The notes below the pieces were generated by a model. The model was not told the DNA's origin. It searched no databases and worked only from the letters and a program-made list of their open reading frames with translations. Positions 1 through 12,388 of a stretch of DNA of 64,000 nucleotides are shown here, piece after piece. Numbering within the stretch: position 1 is the first letter of the stretch; every line of letters starts with the position of its first letter. The position numbers and the translations under genes were made by a program. Source of the stretch: Camelus dromedarius (lineage: Eukaryota). Location of the stretch: contig NC_087436.1 of NCBI RefSeq assembly GCF_036321535.1, positions 109,060,001 through 109,124,000 of the forward strand, written 5' to 3'.

Positions 1-1229
1 CATTTGCTGCTGAACAGAAAGGAGGCAGAAAAGAATCAATAGTCACCACAGATGAAGAATTGAGGGCGTCTCAGGGACTTACAGCCAAGTTAACGTCAAC
101 ACGGGACAGGGGAGCCAAACCTGACTGACCTTCTCAAAGTCTGCACAAATTATTTTATTTGTTTTGAGTTTAGAACTTAGACGGAGGCAATAGTTAAGAG
201 ATCCCAGGTGTTCAGGATGAAGTTTAAATAGGCTTCTCTTGAAAAAATTCTGACTTTTTTTTTTTGTTTAGTCATTGCCATTAATAGGATTAACACGTTT
301 GTCATTTCCTCATCGTTGCTAAACTTCTGGCTGGTTCTCAGTTTTTTCCCCGATCTGTTTATTTGTGGGGCTTAGAAAAGGCACAGAAAGCTTCTTAAAA
401 TCCCGTATAAAAATGGATAATTGGCATGCATTTTATTCAGAATTGCTGAAAAGTCATTATTTTCCTTAATTCTTCTAGACGTGGGTTGACCATACTCCTG
501 GAAGAATGCAACAATAACAAAGTGTTCCTTCAAAATTCTACACTGCCCTTTCATAAATAAGAAATCTCAGCTTTTGCGTTCTGCGAAGTCACAGATAACA
601 AGAAAGGATGACGCCCTCCTTATCATGGCATCGTTTTACCTTGGGAAACCAACGCACAACAGAAAAATTTTCCTATCAGCCTTAGCCCTTGCCATAAATA
701 ATTCAGAACATTTGGTCTTAATCTTGTTGGAGTCACAGACTCCTGAAAGAAGTTGAAAAAAAGCTTTGCTTTCTGTCGCTGGAAAAATCCATAAGCACAC
801 ATATGTACCACATTTTGCCTGCAAATGCTGGGGCTTCAAAGACCGACTGCAATGTGTACAGGAACCCCTGAGAGGTTTACGAGTCCTAAAGGGTTGAGAG
901 GTCCACAGGCAGTGAGGGGTTCTTGTCAACATCTTTAGAGATCCAAGCTGAAAGATACCACTTAGGGCAATAGCTGCGTCCCAGTAAAGCTGCTGCAGGC
1001 CTTTCGATGTCCCCAGCTTCGCCCTAAATGCTCTCTGAAGCTGCACGTGGCACTAGGATTAAGGAGAGAGCCCGTGGGTGCCTGTCTCAGGTGCTGAAAA
1101 CAGAAGAGGTACAAAAACACTGCTAGAAATATAATGAGGCAGAAAGCTGAATTTAGAGAACTTGTCTCAGGGAGAGCCTTGCGAATGGACCTAGTCAGAA
1201 AAAAATACTTTGATAAACTCTTCGGGGCA

Positions 1230-1598
1230 GTGCCAGGGACAGAGCTGGGCCCCCCTGAAATTCGTATGTTGAAGTGCTTGGCCCCACTGTGGGTGCATTT
1301 GGAGATGGATCCTGGGGGGAGGTAGCGGTGGTGAAATGAGGCCCTGATCTCACAGGACGGGTGTCCCCAGACGAAGGGACCCCGAGCTCTCTTCTCCCGC
1401 ACACGGAGGAGAGGCCATGTAAGGCCACGGCCAGCAGCAGGCCAGCTACAAGCCAGGAAAAGCATCCTCACAGCACCAGCCCTCTCAGCGCCCTCATCTT
1501 GGATGTCTAGTCTCCAGAAAAGTGAGCTCACATGTGGCTGCTGTTCAAGTCACCCGGCCTGGGGTCTGCTGCCGTGGCAGCTCAAGGCTGACTAATGC
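1230..1598 (+). mobile_element. MaLR solo LTR (MLT1-like), strongly GC-shifted
   Basis: ccccctgaaattcgtatgttgaag start; tacaagccagga; ctcatcttggatgtctagtctccagaa; gttcaagtcacccggcct..ggcagc..gactaatgc end. Confidence 0.75.
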
Positions 1599-2789
1599 GG
1601 GCAGTTACAGGCCCACCCTCCCCCTCCCTGGACATACTCTGCCCCTCAAGGAGAAGGTTCTAGCAGCAACAGTCACTCAGCTCCTCGCTAAGAAGACAGG
1701 CTTCCCTTTGTTGCAGGATTTCTGTTTTGCTGAGCCTGGGGGAGGGGAACGGGGGCAGGAGTAGATGTCACCGCCTGTGGTGTGTCTCCTCTGCTCTCCT
1801 TCCACACACTCCTGTCTCCTCAACACAGAGACTGAAGGAATACTCGCATTGCATGTTGCATTTTGAAGGGACTCCGAGTTGGCCCGTGGGAGGGGTCAGC
1901 AGGCTGCAGGCTGGCTGTGTGGGATGGTCAGGCTCCAGGCTACCCTGCGAGGCTCAGGGAACACCTGCCCACTTTCCTGTGCAGAGGTGTGCGAGCAGGA
2001 TGGGAATCTGGGATGCCATGGGCACAGCCACGTGGGCTGGGGCAACGCCGTCTCACTCCACATCTATAAAGGGCGGGCAGTGGGTTTCCTCGGCTATTGG
2101 TCCCCTGGGCGTGGCTCTCGGTGGCTGCACGGGGCAGGGTGAGGGTCTGGGGGGACGGCGGAACATGGCCTCTCTCCACTGCAATCTCTGCTTCTCTTCC
2201 AAAGGCTTCAGAGTTTCATCTGTGTCTCTTCTAATTTTTAGGCCACCACTTTTGTTAAACTTAATAATATGCCTTAGAGATTATAAAAACCACATATACA
2301 CACGGCAGAACATTCCAGATGTTGTCCTTACTAGTCAAGCCAAGCCCCTCCTTCCTTGGCCAGCAACCTTTTGGAAACATACAGAACTTCGTTTTCCCAA
2401 CCTCCTCACCCCTGAGTAAGTAAACATACTCTTAGCATGTTTTCTTCAAAGCTGATAGTTAACAGCTCTACCACCGGCCAGCTTCTCTCTTTTTTCACTA
2501 AGACCTTGCAGGGGCAGACAAAAGCAGTCAGTCTCCAGATAGGCTGGGGGTAGAGGGGGGTCTGAAGCTAGCGACCTTGGGCCAAGAGGGAGTATTGGAC
2601 AGAGGTATTTGAGAAAAAGGGGAGAGAATGATCATTCTGAGGAAGAACAGGGCAGCCAGAGCTGGACAAGCACTGGAGCAAAGATGGTATTTTTTTGTTG
2701 AGGAATCAACAGACAGGAGGCTCCTTTGATTATTTGTAAGCAACATACTGAAGTCAGAGGTATGGGAGCAATGGTTGTTTCCATAAAAC

Positions 2790-2925
2790 GTGTGTGCGTG
2801 TGCGTGTGTCTGTATGCATGTGTGTGTGTGTGTGTGTGAGAGAGAGGGAGAGGGAGGGAGGGATGGAGGGAGACAGAGAAGACACAGAGAAAGACTGATG
2901 GGAACAGAGACAGAGACGGAGGGGG
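2790..2925. repeat. Compound (TG)n / (GA)n / (GGGA)n microsatellite
   Basis: Directly visible. Confidence 0.9.
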
Positions 2926-3015
2926 TGATGAAGAAGAGTAGGAGCCACCCCCCCAAGAATATAATAACCTCTGAATTACAACCCTGCGGCGCAACTCTAT
3001 GCAAAGAATACTTAC

Positions 3016-3159
3016 AAAGTTTTGAGGCTTTCCAATCCCTTGAACATTTTATGCTGAACATTTTCCAGACGATTACTTGTGAGAAGTATTTCGTTTACAC
3101 CAGATGCTCCTTCAAACGCTCCCTCTTCAATGTCTGTGATCTTATTGTTGCTAAAGTTT
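3016..3159 (-). CDS. SLIT2: SLIT2 exon 18 (144 nt, two LRRs): [47 protein letters not shown](L)
   Basis: Acceptor tttttatttag|A AAC TTT AGC; donor ACT TT|gtaagt; ORF 3012..3239. Confidence 0.97.
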
Positions 3160-4618
3160 CTAAATAAAAATGGTTGAAACAAATATGTGAAACAATTTCT
3201 TTCTAAGAGTGAGGGCACTGAGACAACACGCTTCATCATTGTCTTCTACTGAGCAGAAGTCTTCCCGAAGCTCCACGCTCCCTCCTGCCTGGCATGCCCA
3301 AGGCTCTGAAAAGCCCCTACCTTCTGATTCCATCACGCTGAAGTGGTAATCACACAAAGGGGTGACATCTAGGCTGAAAAACTACCAGACCAATCAGTGT
3401 CAAAATAATCTGCAAGGGTCTCTGGACCCTCGAGGTCAGGTCTTGAGTTGTGTAAACTTTTCTGTTTTCCACAGCACTAAATAAGAAACTTTCCCAGGAA
3501 ATGCCCCTGATTAAAAGTGTTGAATGAATTAATGACTCAAAGAAGGCAACTGGGTGGAGAAAAGAAGGAAGGGCTCAAATGTACTGGGGTGTAGACAGCA
3601 TCAGAAATGTATCTGAATACGGGATTGTTCCCAGTGAAACTTCTCATGTAATAATGTATCAGAACCACCAACTTAATCGTCAGGAATCTGCATGATTTGA
3701 AATACTACAATGCCTGCGCAGAGGGTAAGAACACCCAATAGAGCTAACACCTTCCCATAGGTTCTATCTTCCTCTTTCTCAAGGCTCACTCCGAGACCAG
3801 GGATGCCCAAGAACAGGAATCATTTTTATGTATCATTTGAGTCCTTTCAGAGCATTGCACATGTCAGCTGCTCAGCGCACATTACAATACACAACACGCA
3901 CTGCCACTCACAGTCTATGTGACTGGGGGCCCGTTACCCAAGCAAAACACAGGCATCATGGAGGAACACCCCCCTCCTCCTTCTGATGTGTCCTGTGATG
4001 TGGAGGGTGTCTCTTGGGCTCCACACTCACGGCCTCTGTCCTGTCCCTCCTTCCATCCTCCCCAGGGGGGTGGATTACTGCCTGCGTATGGTTGAAGCTG
4101 CTGAGCTTAATAAACTTATTTTACGCTATGAGCCGCGGCACGTGGAGTACACAGATGAGCTATCAAGCCAGTTTACCAATCATTCATTTCGACTATCTTC
4201 TAATGAAAGTTTAATGAAGCAAAAAGCCAAACGGTTGACATGAATGTGCTGAAGGAGAAATCGCAGTATGGTTTGGGGAATAGAAAAGGAAGTTACAAAA
4301 CATCACGGAACTCATCTCCAGCGCGCTTAGATGGCTGGACTCCTGCTGTGGCCGCAGAGCAGGCCAGCTGTCTGAGCTAAAGTAACATGCTAGGATTCTG
4401 CTATGTGCAACGTGGTTGGCATCGCTGGACTGCCTAGACAAGACGCAATTCCTTAGCTTCCTCTCAGAGTTTACCCTACATTCATGTCACAGGTGGTATG
4501 GGGATTTCTCTGGCTCTTTTATATTTCCCAATTTCCAAAGAAGTCGAAATAAAGCTGCAAAAGGATAAGAAAACACAACACTACAGAAATTTTAAAAGAT
4601 GCCTAGTATACGGCTTAC

Positions 4619-4693
4619 ATTTTACGCAACTGAGGAAGTTTCTTGAAGATCCCTGTAGCTTCCAACACTGTAAATTCATTACTATTGAGGCGC
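4619..4693 (-). CDS. SLIT2: SLIT2 exon 17 (75 nt LRR): [24 protein letters not shown](I)
   Basis: Acceptor ttttgcccctag|G CGC CTC; donor AAA AT|gtaagc. Confidence 0.96.
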
Positions 4694-5042
4694 CTAGGGG
4701 CAAAAAGAAACAGAAAAGTTTCATTCCCAACAGTCAGGAAGAGATTAGACTTTATTTCTTGTACAGAATTATAACATTATTTAATGATTATCCTAGAGCA
4801 AAATATTGGACACGTATCAGAAAATTTGTGGGAAGTATTGATTTTTTTCCCATTTGTCCCACATTTTAATGATCAAAATAAAAACATATGAAGAAGCACA
4901 TAGTAAAGAAAACCAATAATCAAAAATCAAAACTCCCATTCGGTAATCTGCAGAGCAGTTTCTCACACTTTTCTTTTTCACTATTTCCCCTTCCCCCAAA
5001 AGCACTGTAGACTGTTTTTCTAGTCACTTGCTTCACAAATAT

Positions 5043-5975
5043 TTTTATTAATAGCTTTATTGATACACATTTTACACACCATAAAGTTTATCCTTTAAAG
5101 CATACAATTCAGTGGTTTTTAGAATATTCACAAACTGGTGCCATCATCTTTGCCTCTCAATTCCAGAACTCCTAATTCATCACTCAGAAAAAGAAACCTT
5201 ATACCCATCCACAGTCATTCTCAATTTGCTGTCCCCCCTGCCTCAGTCCTTGGCAGCCATGAAATTACTCTCTGCCTCCATGGATTTTCCTATTCTGAAC
5301 ATTTCACATAAATGGAATCATACAAGATGTGGCTTTCCCGGTCAGGCTTTTTTCACTTCACCTCATGTTTACAAGGCTCTTCCACCTTCAGCATGTATCA
5401 GTGCTTCTCCCATTTCATGGCCAGATTATATTCAGTGGTATAGACCTATCATAGCGGATGGATATTTGAGGTGCTTCCACTTCTTGATTATTATAAATAA
5501 TGCTTCTAGGAACACTGGTGTATAAGATTTTGTGTGGATATATGTTTTCAGTTCCTTTGGATATATTCATAGGTGTGAAATTGTTGCTTCACATGCTAAA
5601 TCTGTGTTGAACTCCTTGAGGAAGAGCCAAACTATTTTTCAAAAGGACTGCACCATTTCACATTTCCACCAGCAATGTATGATGGGGTCAATTTCTCTTA
5701 CCTGTTACTGTCTTTCTTTTTAAGCCATCCTAGTGGGTGTGAAGAGCTACCTCACTGTGGTTTTGATTTGCATTTTCCTCATGCCTGTTGATACTGAGTA
5801 TTTTTTCACGTGCTTATTGGCCATTTGCATATCGTCTTTGGAGAAATGTCTATACAAATCATTTGACCCCTTTTTAATTGGGTAAGCACATTTTACTTGT
5901 TGAGTTCTAAGAGCTCTTTATATATTCTGGCTATAGGTCCCTTATCATATATATGTTTTGCAAATATTCTCTTTC
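5043..5975 (-). mobile_element. Old LINE-1 3' fragment (L1MB-like)
   Basis: agctttattga..catacaattcagtggtttttag 3' end; gttttgatttgcattttcct..cttattggccatttgcatatcgtctttggagaaatgtct ORF2 tail in reverse orientation. Confidence 0.85.
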
Positions 5976-7287
5976 CAGTACTGATTTTTAAACATAAAAT
6001 GTAAAAAGAAAGTCTTAATTTCTGAAAACACACACAACCTTTGCTGAAGATAATTTAGATATAGTTTCTAAATTCTTGATTGACGAGTACACTTACTTGA
6101 AGTGTTCTCATGCTGGAAGATAGAATTTGAATTACTGTCTGTGGTATTATTGGAAATAAGTGTAACTCCCTTCATGACAATAAATACAGAGTTCAGGGCT
6201 TCTGCTGCATGGTCTCTATGCATTTTTGAAGTCCTGGACCTGTGAAATAGCTTCATCAACTAACAGAAATGTAAAAAAGCATCAGGGTAACCACTAGGTA
6301 GTTACTTTCTGTCATCTTTTTGAGACCATTATATTATTTTTAATTATTCAAATTGCTTAAAATTCATTAAATGACAAGCATGAGTACAGGCCCTCTGGGA
6401 GATAAACCATAAAACACCATCCCTGTCATCAAGGGGCCATAATCTAGTTGAAGACGAAAGAATGATACATGCATAAAAAGGCAACCAACTCTGCAAAGCA
6501 GTTAATGACAAATTCCAGATGGTGCTACATATAAACATTGCTAAGATGTTCCGAAAATGATGGGATTTTACTAGGTTTTTCTTGGATTTTTAGAAACACT
6601 AACATTAAAGGTTGTACTTTTATAAATAAAGTCAGTAAAGGCTGACCAAACATGGGCACAGAACCTGTAAATGATTCAATAAACATACTTTAGAACCACA
6701 TACGTGCTACACCCTATGTTAGTGTTATAAATATAAATCTGATCACACTCTGTCTTTCCAGCTTTTCCTGCTGTGATATTCACTGTTCAGGAAAAAACTA
6801 TCCTTTGTGATTAATACTTGATAATCATGGAATCCTTCCACTCGTGATTCAGTAAAGTCATAAAGCTGATGAAAAAGGACTCTGAATTCCTAATGAATGG
6901 AAATTCAAAATGGTGACTCCCAAACTAATTTATCTGGTTGCTGGAGAGACTAAATACATTCAAAAGCTATTAAGTGCTTAGAAATGGCTTTGGGCCTAAG
7001 TAATACCCAATAAATAGATAACAAGTGAGTACCAGTATTATTAGCATTATTAAGTGCTAACTGAATTTTTGAAAGGTGAATTCATTTCTGTCTTTGTATC
7101 TTGGGCCAGAAAGATGAAATAAGATGGCCTTTAATATACACACTTGCATAAAGAAGGGTTAGGCCAATGCAGGTTAATTAAAATTGATGTAATTATTGAG
7201 AATCAAAAGGTAAGACAAAAAATTCCAATGCTTTGATGCTTTCATCCCCTCCCTCCCAACCCGGGTGTTGCTGGGAGGGGAACTCAC

Positions 7288-7438
7288 AGCTCTGCGGTGT
7301 ACTGGGGAATGTGGTCCGGAATCTTGGTGAGTTTTTGATTGGAGCAATCTACCGTGGTCCCTTCACAGCGACATTTTTCCGGGCAAGCCAAGTCGGCAAA
7401 GCAGTCTCCACTTAATTTTGATCGGTAGTCTTCTGTAC
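7288..7438 (-). CDS. SLIT2: SLIT2 exon 16 (151 nt, LRRNT of D3): [50 protein letters not shown](L)
   Basis: Acceptor ctcctcaatag|GT ACA GAA; donor GAG CT|gtgagt; translated by hand. Confidence 0.97.
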
Positions 7439-8008
7439 CTATTGAGGAGTCAAGCCACAGAAGATGACGGTGAGTCTGGAGGTTAGAATATTGGTCACTT
7501 TGTAGGAAGAGAAAGTAAGATAACTAGAGATTATGTAGCAGGGAGACAACTTGGGGGGTTCTGGTCAATGGATGCCAGGAGAGGGTTAAAACAAGGGCTT
7601 GGGATTTGCTGGAAAAAAGAGTAACCAGATTCACAGGACAGGAAAACATTAACAGAGTTGAGCTTTTCACAGCTGTACTTTCTGCTGATCCAGTTATGAG
7701 CCATTCTAGCCTATTTGACAGCTAATCACACAATGGCTATTCATCGTTACGGAGTTTATTTTTTCTCTGAGTCAAGAATTTAAAATGTATCCAGTAATAA
7801 ACAGATGCCTATATATCATTGTAAATTAGGGCTTTCGAGGCAAATAGATGGACTCAGGTTTTTAAATTTTCTATGGTCTTTCATTATTCTCTCCCTCTCA
7901 CATAATCTTCGGAAATGCTTAAAAAGCCCTCTTTTTTTTTTTTTTTCATTTTGATTTTATCAAAAGAGACAAGTAAATCCTGATTTAAGCCTCAGCAGCT
8001 TGTCATGC

Positions 8009-8118
8009 TGTAGAAAGCTGCGTGACGTTCCATGGTGCTTGACGGAACCATGTTTTACTTATACCTGGCAACCACATGGTTAGATCAAGCACAACAGAAA
8101 ATCTCGCTACATAATCAC
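8009..8118 (-). ncRNA. MIR218-1: miR-218-1 stem-loop; mature 5p at 8074-8094, 3p arm about 8030-8051
   Basis: Minus strand contains UUGUGCUUGAUCUAACCAUGU (miR-218-5p) and the pairing arm AUGGUUCCGUCAAGCACCAUGG (the 218-1 type 3p). It sits between exons 15 and 16, the known location. Confidence 0.97.
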
Positions 8119-10950
8119 TACACCATCCACTAGGCCAAGGGTAAGACCAAAAGGAGAGATGAAGGGAAGCAGGAGAAAAGCTACAGACGTTCTGGAAACG
8201 TAATACTGTTTACATGACATGCATTCTTCCCGCAGAATGTTTATGACCATAGTAAGAGTATTACTACCGAAGATTTCCTGGAAACACAAAGAAGGGGCTA
8301 TACTGAGAGGTGCCTCCAACGTTCCTCAGAACTGCAGAATGGAAACAACAGCTTTCGGGAACAACATCCAGGAAGAAGTTGAAGGTGAGCTACAAGGACA
8401 ACAGAGAAGCTCAAGAGATCTGTGGTTTCTTCTTGGGAAGAAAAAAAAAATAAAGGCGCAAAAGAGTGAGACTCAAAGAAGGTACATCAGGATCGAAAAG
8501 GGAGGACATTATGTTTCAGATCAGACACTTTTACTTACAGCCAAAATGGTGAATTCCTGCAAAAGTAAAGATCACCAAGGGGGAAAGAAAGACAGAGTAA
8601 ACCCAATTAAGATGCAGATACACATACAGAAAATTAACTACGGTCTCTTCCTTCTCCCCTTATTGTGGCGAGGATCAGGGAGTGGCCTGGCGTGGCAGGA
8701 GTCATCATGCTTTTTTAATACTTTTATAATAGTTTTTTGAAGCACAGTGGTCTTACAGGAGAAGCCATGGAGTACAAGATGCAGAGCACAAATTAAGTTC
8801 TTGTTGATTCCTTTAAAAGATGAAGTCTCCATAAGATGAGTTTTCTTTGAGTTATCATTCTAATTTCTAGAATGCCATCCAGATGGTGGTAGGCAAGTAA
8901 GTAGGGAAAACTGAGTGAAAAACCAGTCATGAGCTCTTCAAGGACCATCCTTGGAACGTTTGGCTTAAACCTTAGGCTGCGGCTTACACGCTTTTTAATG
9001 ACCTTTCCAGCTTATAAATAATGTCCCTTAGTTGAAATGGAATCAGGACCTCGGAAGAAGTTGGCAAAGCTGAATATGATAGTTTCATTCAGTTTGGCAA
9101 TTAATGCCATGGCATTTTTTGAGGATCTGTTGTGGTTTAAGCTCTCATTTTAAAAGTGAAATGAGAAAATAGTGGGAACAAAGTCTAGATGACAGACACA
9201 AGAGGTATTTTACATTGAAAATACTCTGCGTCCAGCGCAGTGACAATAATGCTTATTTTATCGTTGCCCTTTAGGTAGGCTCAGATTTGAATTAAAATCT
9301 GGGGGAGAAAAAGGGAGAGGAGGCCCAAAGAATTCTTCTGAGTCTTGATTTCTGTAATTCTTGTCAGAAATTGACAATTAAGCCATGATATCTAATGTAA
9401 AAGGATTTTTCCCCAAAACCTGTTTTGGCTGCTGTAAATAAGAGGGCAAAACTGCATCAGAATTTATGAAAACAATTATGACTTTTGCACCTTATTTGGT
9501 GAATTAGAAATGTTAATTTCTAAATTACTGATAAAGAATATTTAAATGCAATAGATTAAATGATTTGATAACAATTATATCACCTTCTCTAATTTGGGGA
9601 TTTAAGTAATAGGAATGTTTTATACGACAGGTATTCTGTTTTTCATTACTTTTTCTGGGTAATAGCTATCAGATTGCTTCCTACTTAATAATTGGGCAAA
9701 AATAATGAATTTTAAAGATTGCCAATGAAAGTCAATCAGCTGTTATTTTCAACATGTTATTTCTTCTGCAGCCTGGGTAATATATGAAATATTACTCATC
9801 ATTCAAGTCAAAATAAGTAATAAAACAGAATCTGTTAAATACATAAAATTATTCATATTATAATTCAACAATGACACGCAACACATATCTCCTCAAAATA
9901 GAGACCAAACCCAGAGCTCTTCTTAAGGAAATAAGTATGGTTTTTCACACTAACACCTTAGAAATATATTTTTATTTATAATTCTTAAAATATATTATAG
10001 TCTAGAGTATACCCAGGAGATTGTAATTGTGGCCAACGAATTATTAACACATATTTTTATATAATGGTTTAAAACATACAGGTCAAGAGGCATTTTACAC
10101 AATTGGCAGGCAAGGAAAAACAAGTAAAGAAACATATTTCAAAGAGCTAGTTCTAGAATCATCAGCCTTGATAGTGTTAAGATTGTAGTGGTAAACGTTT
10201 CACTTATTTTTCTAAGAAACATTCCATTCACCTGCCTAAGTTATTGAAGACACTTGGTGCCCATGAACTTCTGATGCTTCCAGGATGGATGTCAATATTG
10301 TTTCTGTGGTGCTATTATACTGTGAGGCCAGGTGTGCAAGAATTTAAAGTCACAAATAAGATGCAACTGCATGTAAATTAGCAGAAAGCTGCTGCTTTTG
10401 TGTAAAAACTGAAGTAATGGCAACCAAAGTAAAGCTAAAAGGGACGTCTTTTGAGTCTAACAATCTCTATAAAAAAGTAAATCTCATGATCGAAAACACA
10501 ATTCTGTGTGTTTGTAACTGATTTCATGTAGAACTAGTTCTTTGACCACAGGAAGGTCTCTGTCTTTAAAACCAGCTCAAGAAGCTATATTTTAAAAACA
10601 GGTTGAAAGGTCAGATATACAACATAAGGAGAGAAAATGATTTAAGTAGAAAGCCATAGGTTCAAACATTTTAGCTACCGTGAGAGATTTTAGATAATGT
10701 GCCAAAGTGAGAGAGAGAGAGATAAAAAAAAAAAGGTGGGAGTTTAATAGTAGAAGATGTTTAACATCAGAAGCTGCATGCAAAGGTCAGGTTTTCAGGA
10801 AACAGCTACAAGTGATCTACGCAGAAGTAAATTGAGCTACAGAGTACCCGCTGTACTTTCCAAAGCATGCATATCAAAGTTTTAGAAGCTACATTTCATA
10901 AGGTGAGGCAAGGGTGTCTGCAGTTAGTCCTACTACCAAGCAAAACCTAC

Positions 10951-10974
10951 CTGGAATGAAATACTGTTCTTTAG
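10951..10974 (-). CDS. SLIT2: SLIT2 exon 15, 24-nt alternatively spliced microexon (AKEQYFIP) in the D2-D3 linker
   Basis: Sense strand: U-rich tract ...tttttttatttag|CTAAAGAACAGTATTTCATTCCAG|gtaggt; phase 1-1; corresponds to the exon skipped in the described Slit2-deltaE15 isoform. Confidence 0.95.
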
Positions 10975-11968
10975 CTAAATAAAAAAAAAAGAGAAAAAAA
11001 AAATAGAAGATGCACCTGAATGTCAGCAAGCAGAGATATGAGTTATTATTAGATTAAGAACGGACTAAAGTTACTATAGATAATTAAGTGAAAATGTATA
11101 TTCACAGCAGTGGCTGAGGTTCCACAATGTACACTGAGGAGGAACTGCGTCTAGAACCACGGACAATAAACAGCTTTGTTTCCACATTAGCATTTTAGTA
11201 TGAATTAACTGCCGAATGTGAAATAACGCCTGGAATAGTTAGGTAGCCTACTACCCAAAACACATAGAATGCATTTTACTATAAGAAAATAGAAAAGATT
11301 GTACCAAAGCAAATAGTAAATTTCAATGAAGTAAGCTTTGTCTTTACTATGAACACAATGTGATCTATATTTTGCTTTTTATAAGTAAATGTAATATTTG
11401 CAAAGTGTTAAAAGATGGTCTTTTGGAAAAAAAAATGTATCCTCACAGTCCTGTTTAAAATGAGAGAGTGCAAAACGAGGAAATGGCGTTCAGTGAGAGA
11501 AGCAAGGAATCCGGAGATCCTTCCTCTCCTTCCCAGCCAGAGCAGATCAAGTAACCATGTCTCAGGTATCTTTCTTAATGTGTGAAAACGTGATTAATTA
11601 CCTTATGTTACTAATAGAAAACAGCACGACAAACCTGAGACTTAACAGACTTAAAAGGCACTCTGAGTTAGCTAAAAGGCTCCTGTTAAGTTCAAATCCT
11701 GAGATGACAGTATGAAATATCCAGGTGTCTTTTTTTTTTATATTTCTTCTGCTTTTTAATTTCTTCTGTAACATTAAAAAGGTTACATTGTAGGTGTGCT
11801 GTAAGAATTGCGTCTACTTCTCTTTATATTTTTTTTCATGGGCAGAAGAAAAAGAAATAGGATTCTGCAATGTTTGGGAATTCAGCCGAAGGCCAGCTGT
11901 TGCTACAGCTCACGTAACTACTGTTTTTGGTTAACACTGGGGAAAGGTCACAGGAAGTAAGAAATTAC

Positions 11969-12132
11969 CTGAACAACGGAATTTCTTGCTTTTGATCTGT
12001 CCGATTCTTTTGTTTGCCAGACGCCGGGGGCTGGTGCAGCGGGCCCCGCTGGTTTCGATCGGGTTGGTATGGAGGTAATCCGCCAGCCACTTGAGGTGGC
12101 AGTCACAAATAAAGGGATTCTGGGCCAAATGC
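11969..12132 (-). CDS. SLIT2: SLIT2 exon 14 (164 nt, LRRCT of D2 with basic patch): [54 protein letters not shown]
   Basis: Acceptor tttctgaaag|G CAT TTG; donor TCA G|gtaatt; ORF 11931..12128. Confidence 0.97.
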
Positions 12133-12244
12133 CTTTCAGAAACACATACAGAACACTCTTACACATGACTTGCAATGAACTCAACTCTCAAATTCAGAGT
12201 GACAACAAGGGTCATCAAATCTGATCCAAATGCTGGGTACGTAC

Positions 12245-12388
12245 ATAGTCTGAATGGCCCGGAGAGGCGAAAAGGTCCCCTTGGCGATGGTCTGCAGCTT
12301 GTTGTCGTACAAGGAGAGAAGGTTCAAGTTGTGCAGATCCTGAAAAGCATCTACCCGAAGGCAGTTTATCTTGTTGGCATTCAACAAT
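12245..12388 (-). CDS. SLIT2: SLIT2 exon 13 (144 nt, two LRRs): [47 protein letters not shown](M)
   Basis: Acceptor atcaaacag|A TTG TTG AAT; donor ACT AT|gtacgt; ORF 12181..12387. Confidence 0.97.

Noticed and set aside
2065..2077. TATAAA followed by GGGCGGG, a promoter-like pair
   Set aside because: The GC box is downstream of the TATA, and the stretch aligns with a mutated MIR core (ctgtaaaatgggga), so it is probably coincidental.
962..2419. Several long overlapping ORFs (189 aa, 230 aa)
   Set aside because: Stop-poor because of high GC; they overlap LTR- and MIR-derived sequence and have no protein family signature.
1..3015. Search for SLIT2 exon 19 (MLRSNRI...)
   Set aside because: Not found; it presumably lies beyond the left edge.
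8219..8740. 173-aa ATG-initiated plus-strand ORF beside miR-218-1
   Set aside because: Purine-rich, low-complexity composition; no known homology and no splice or promoter support visible.
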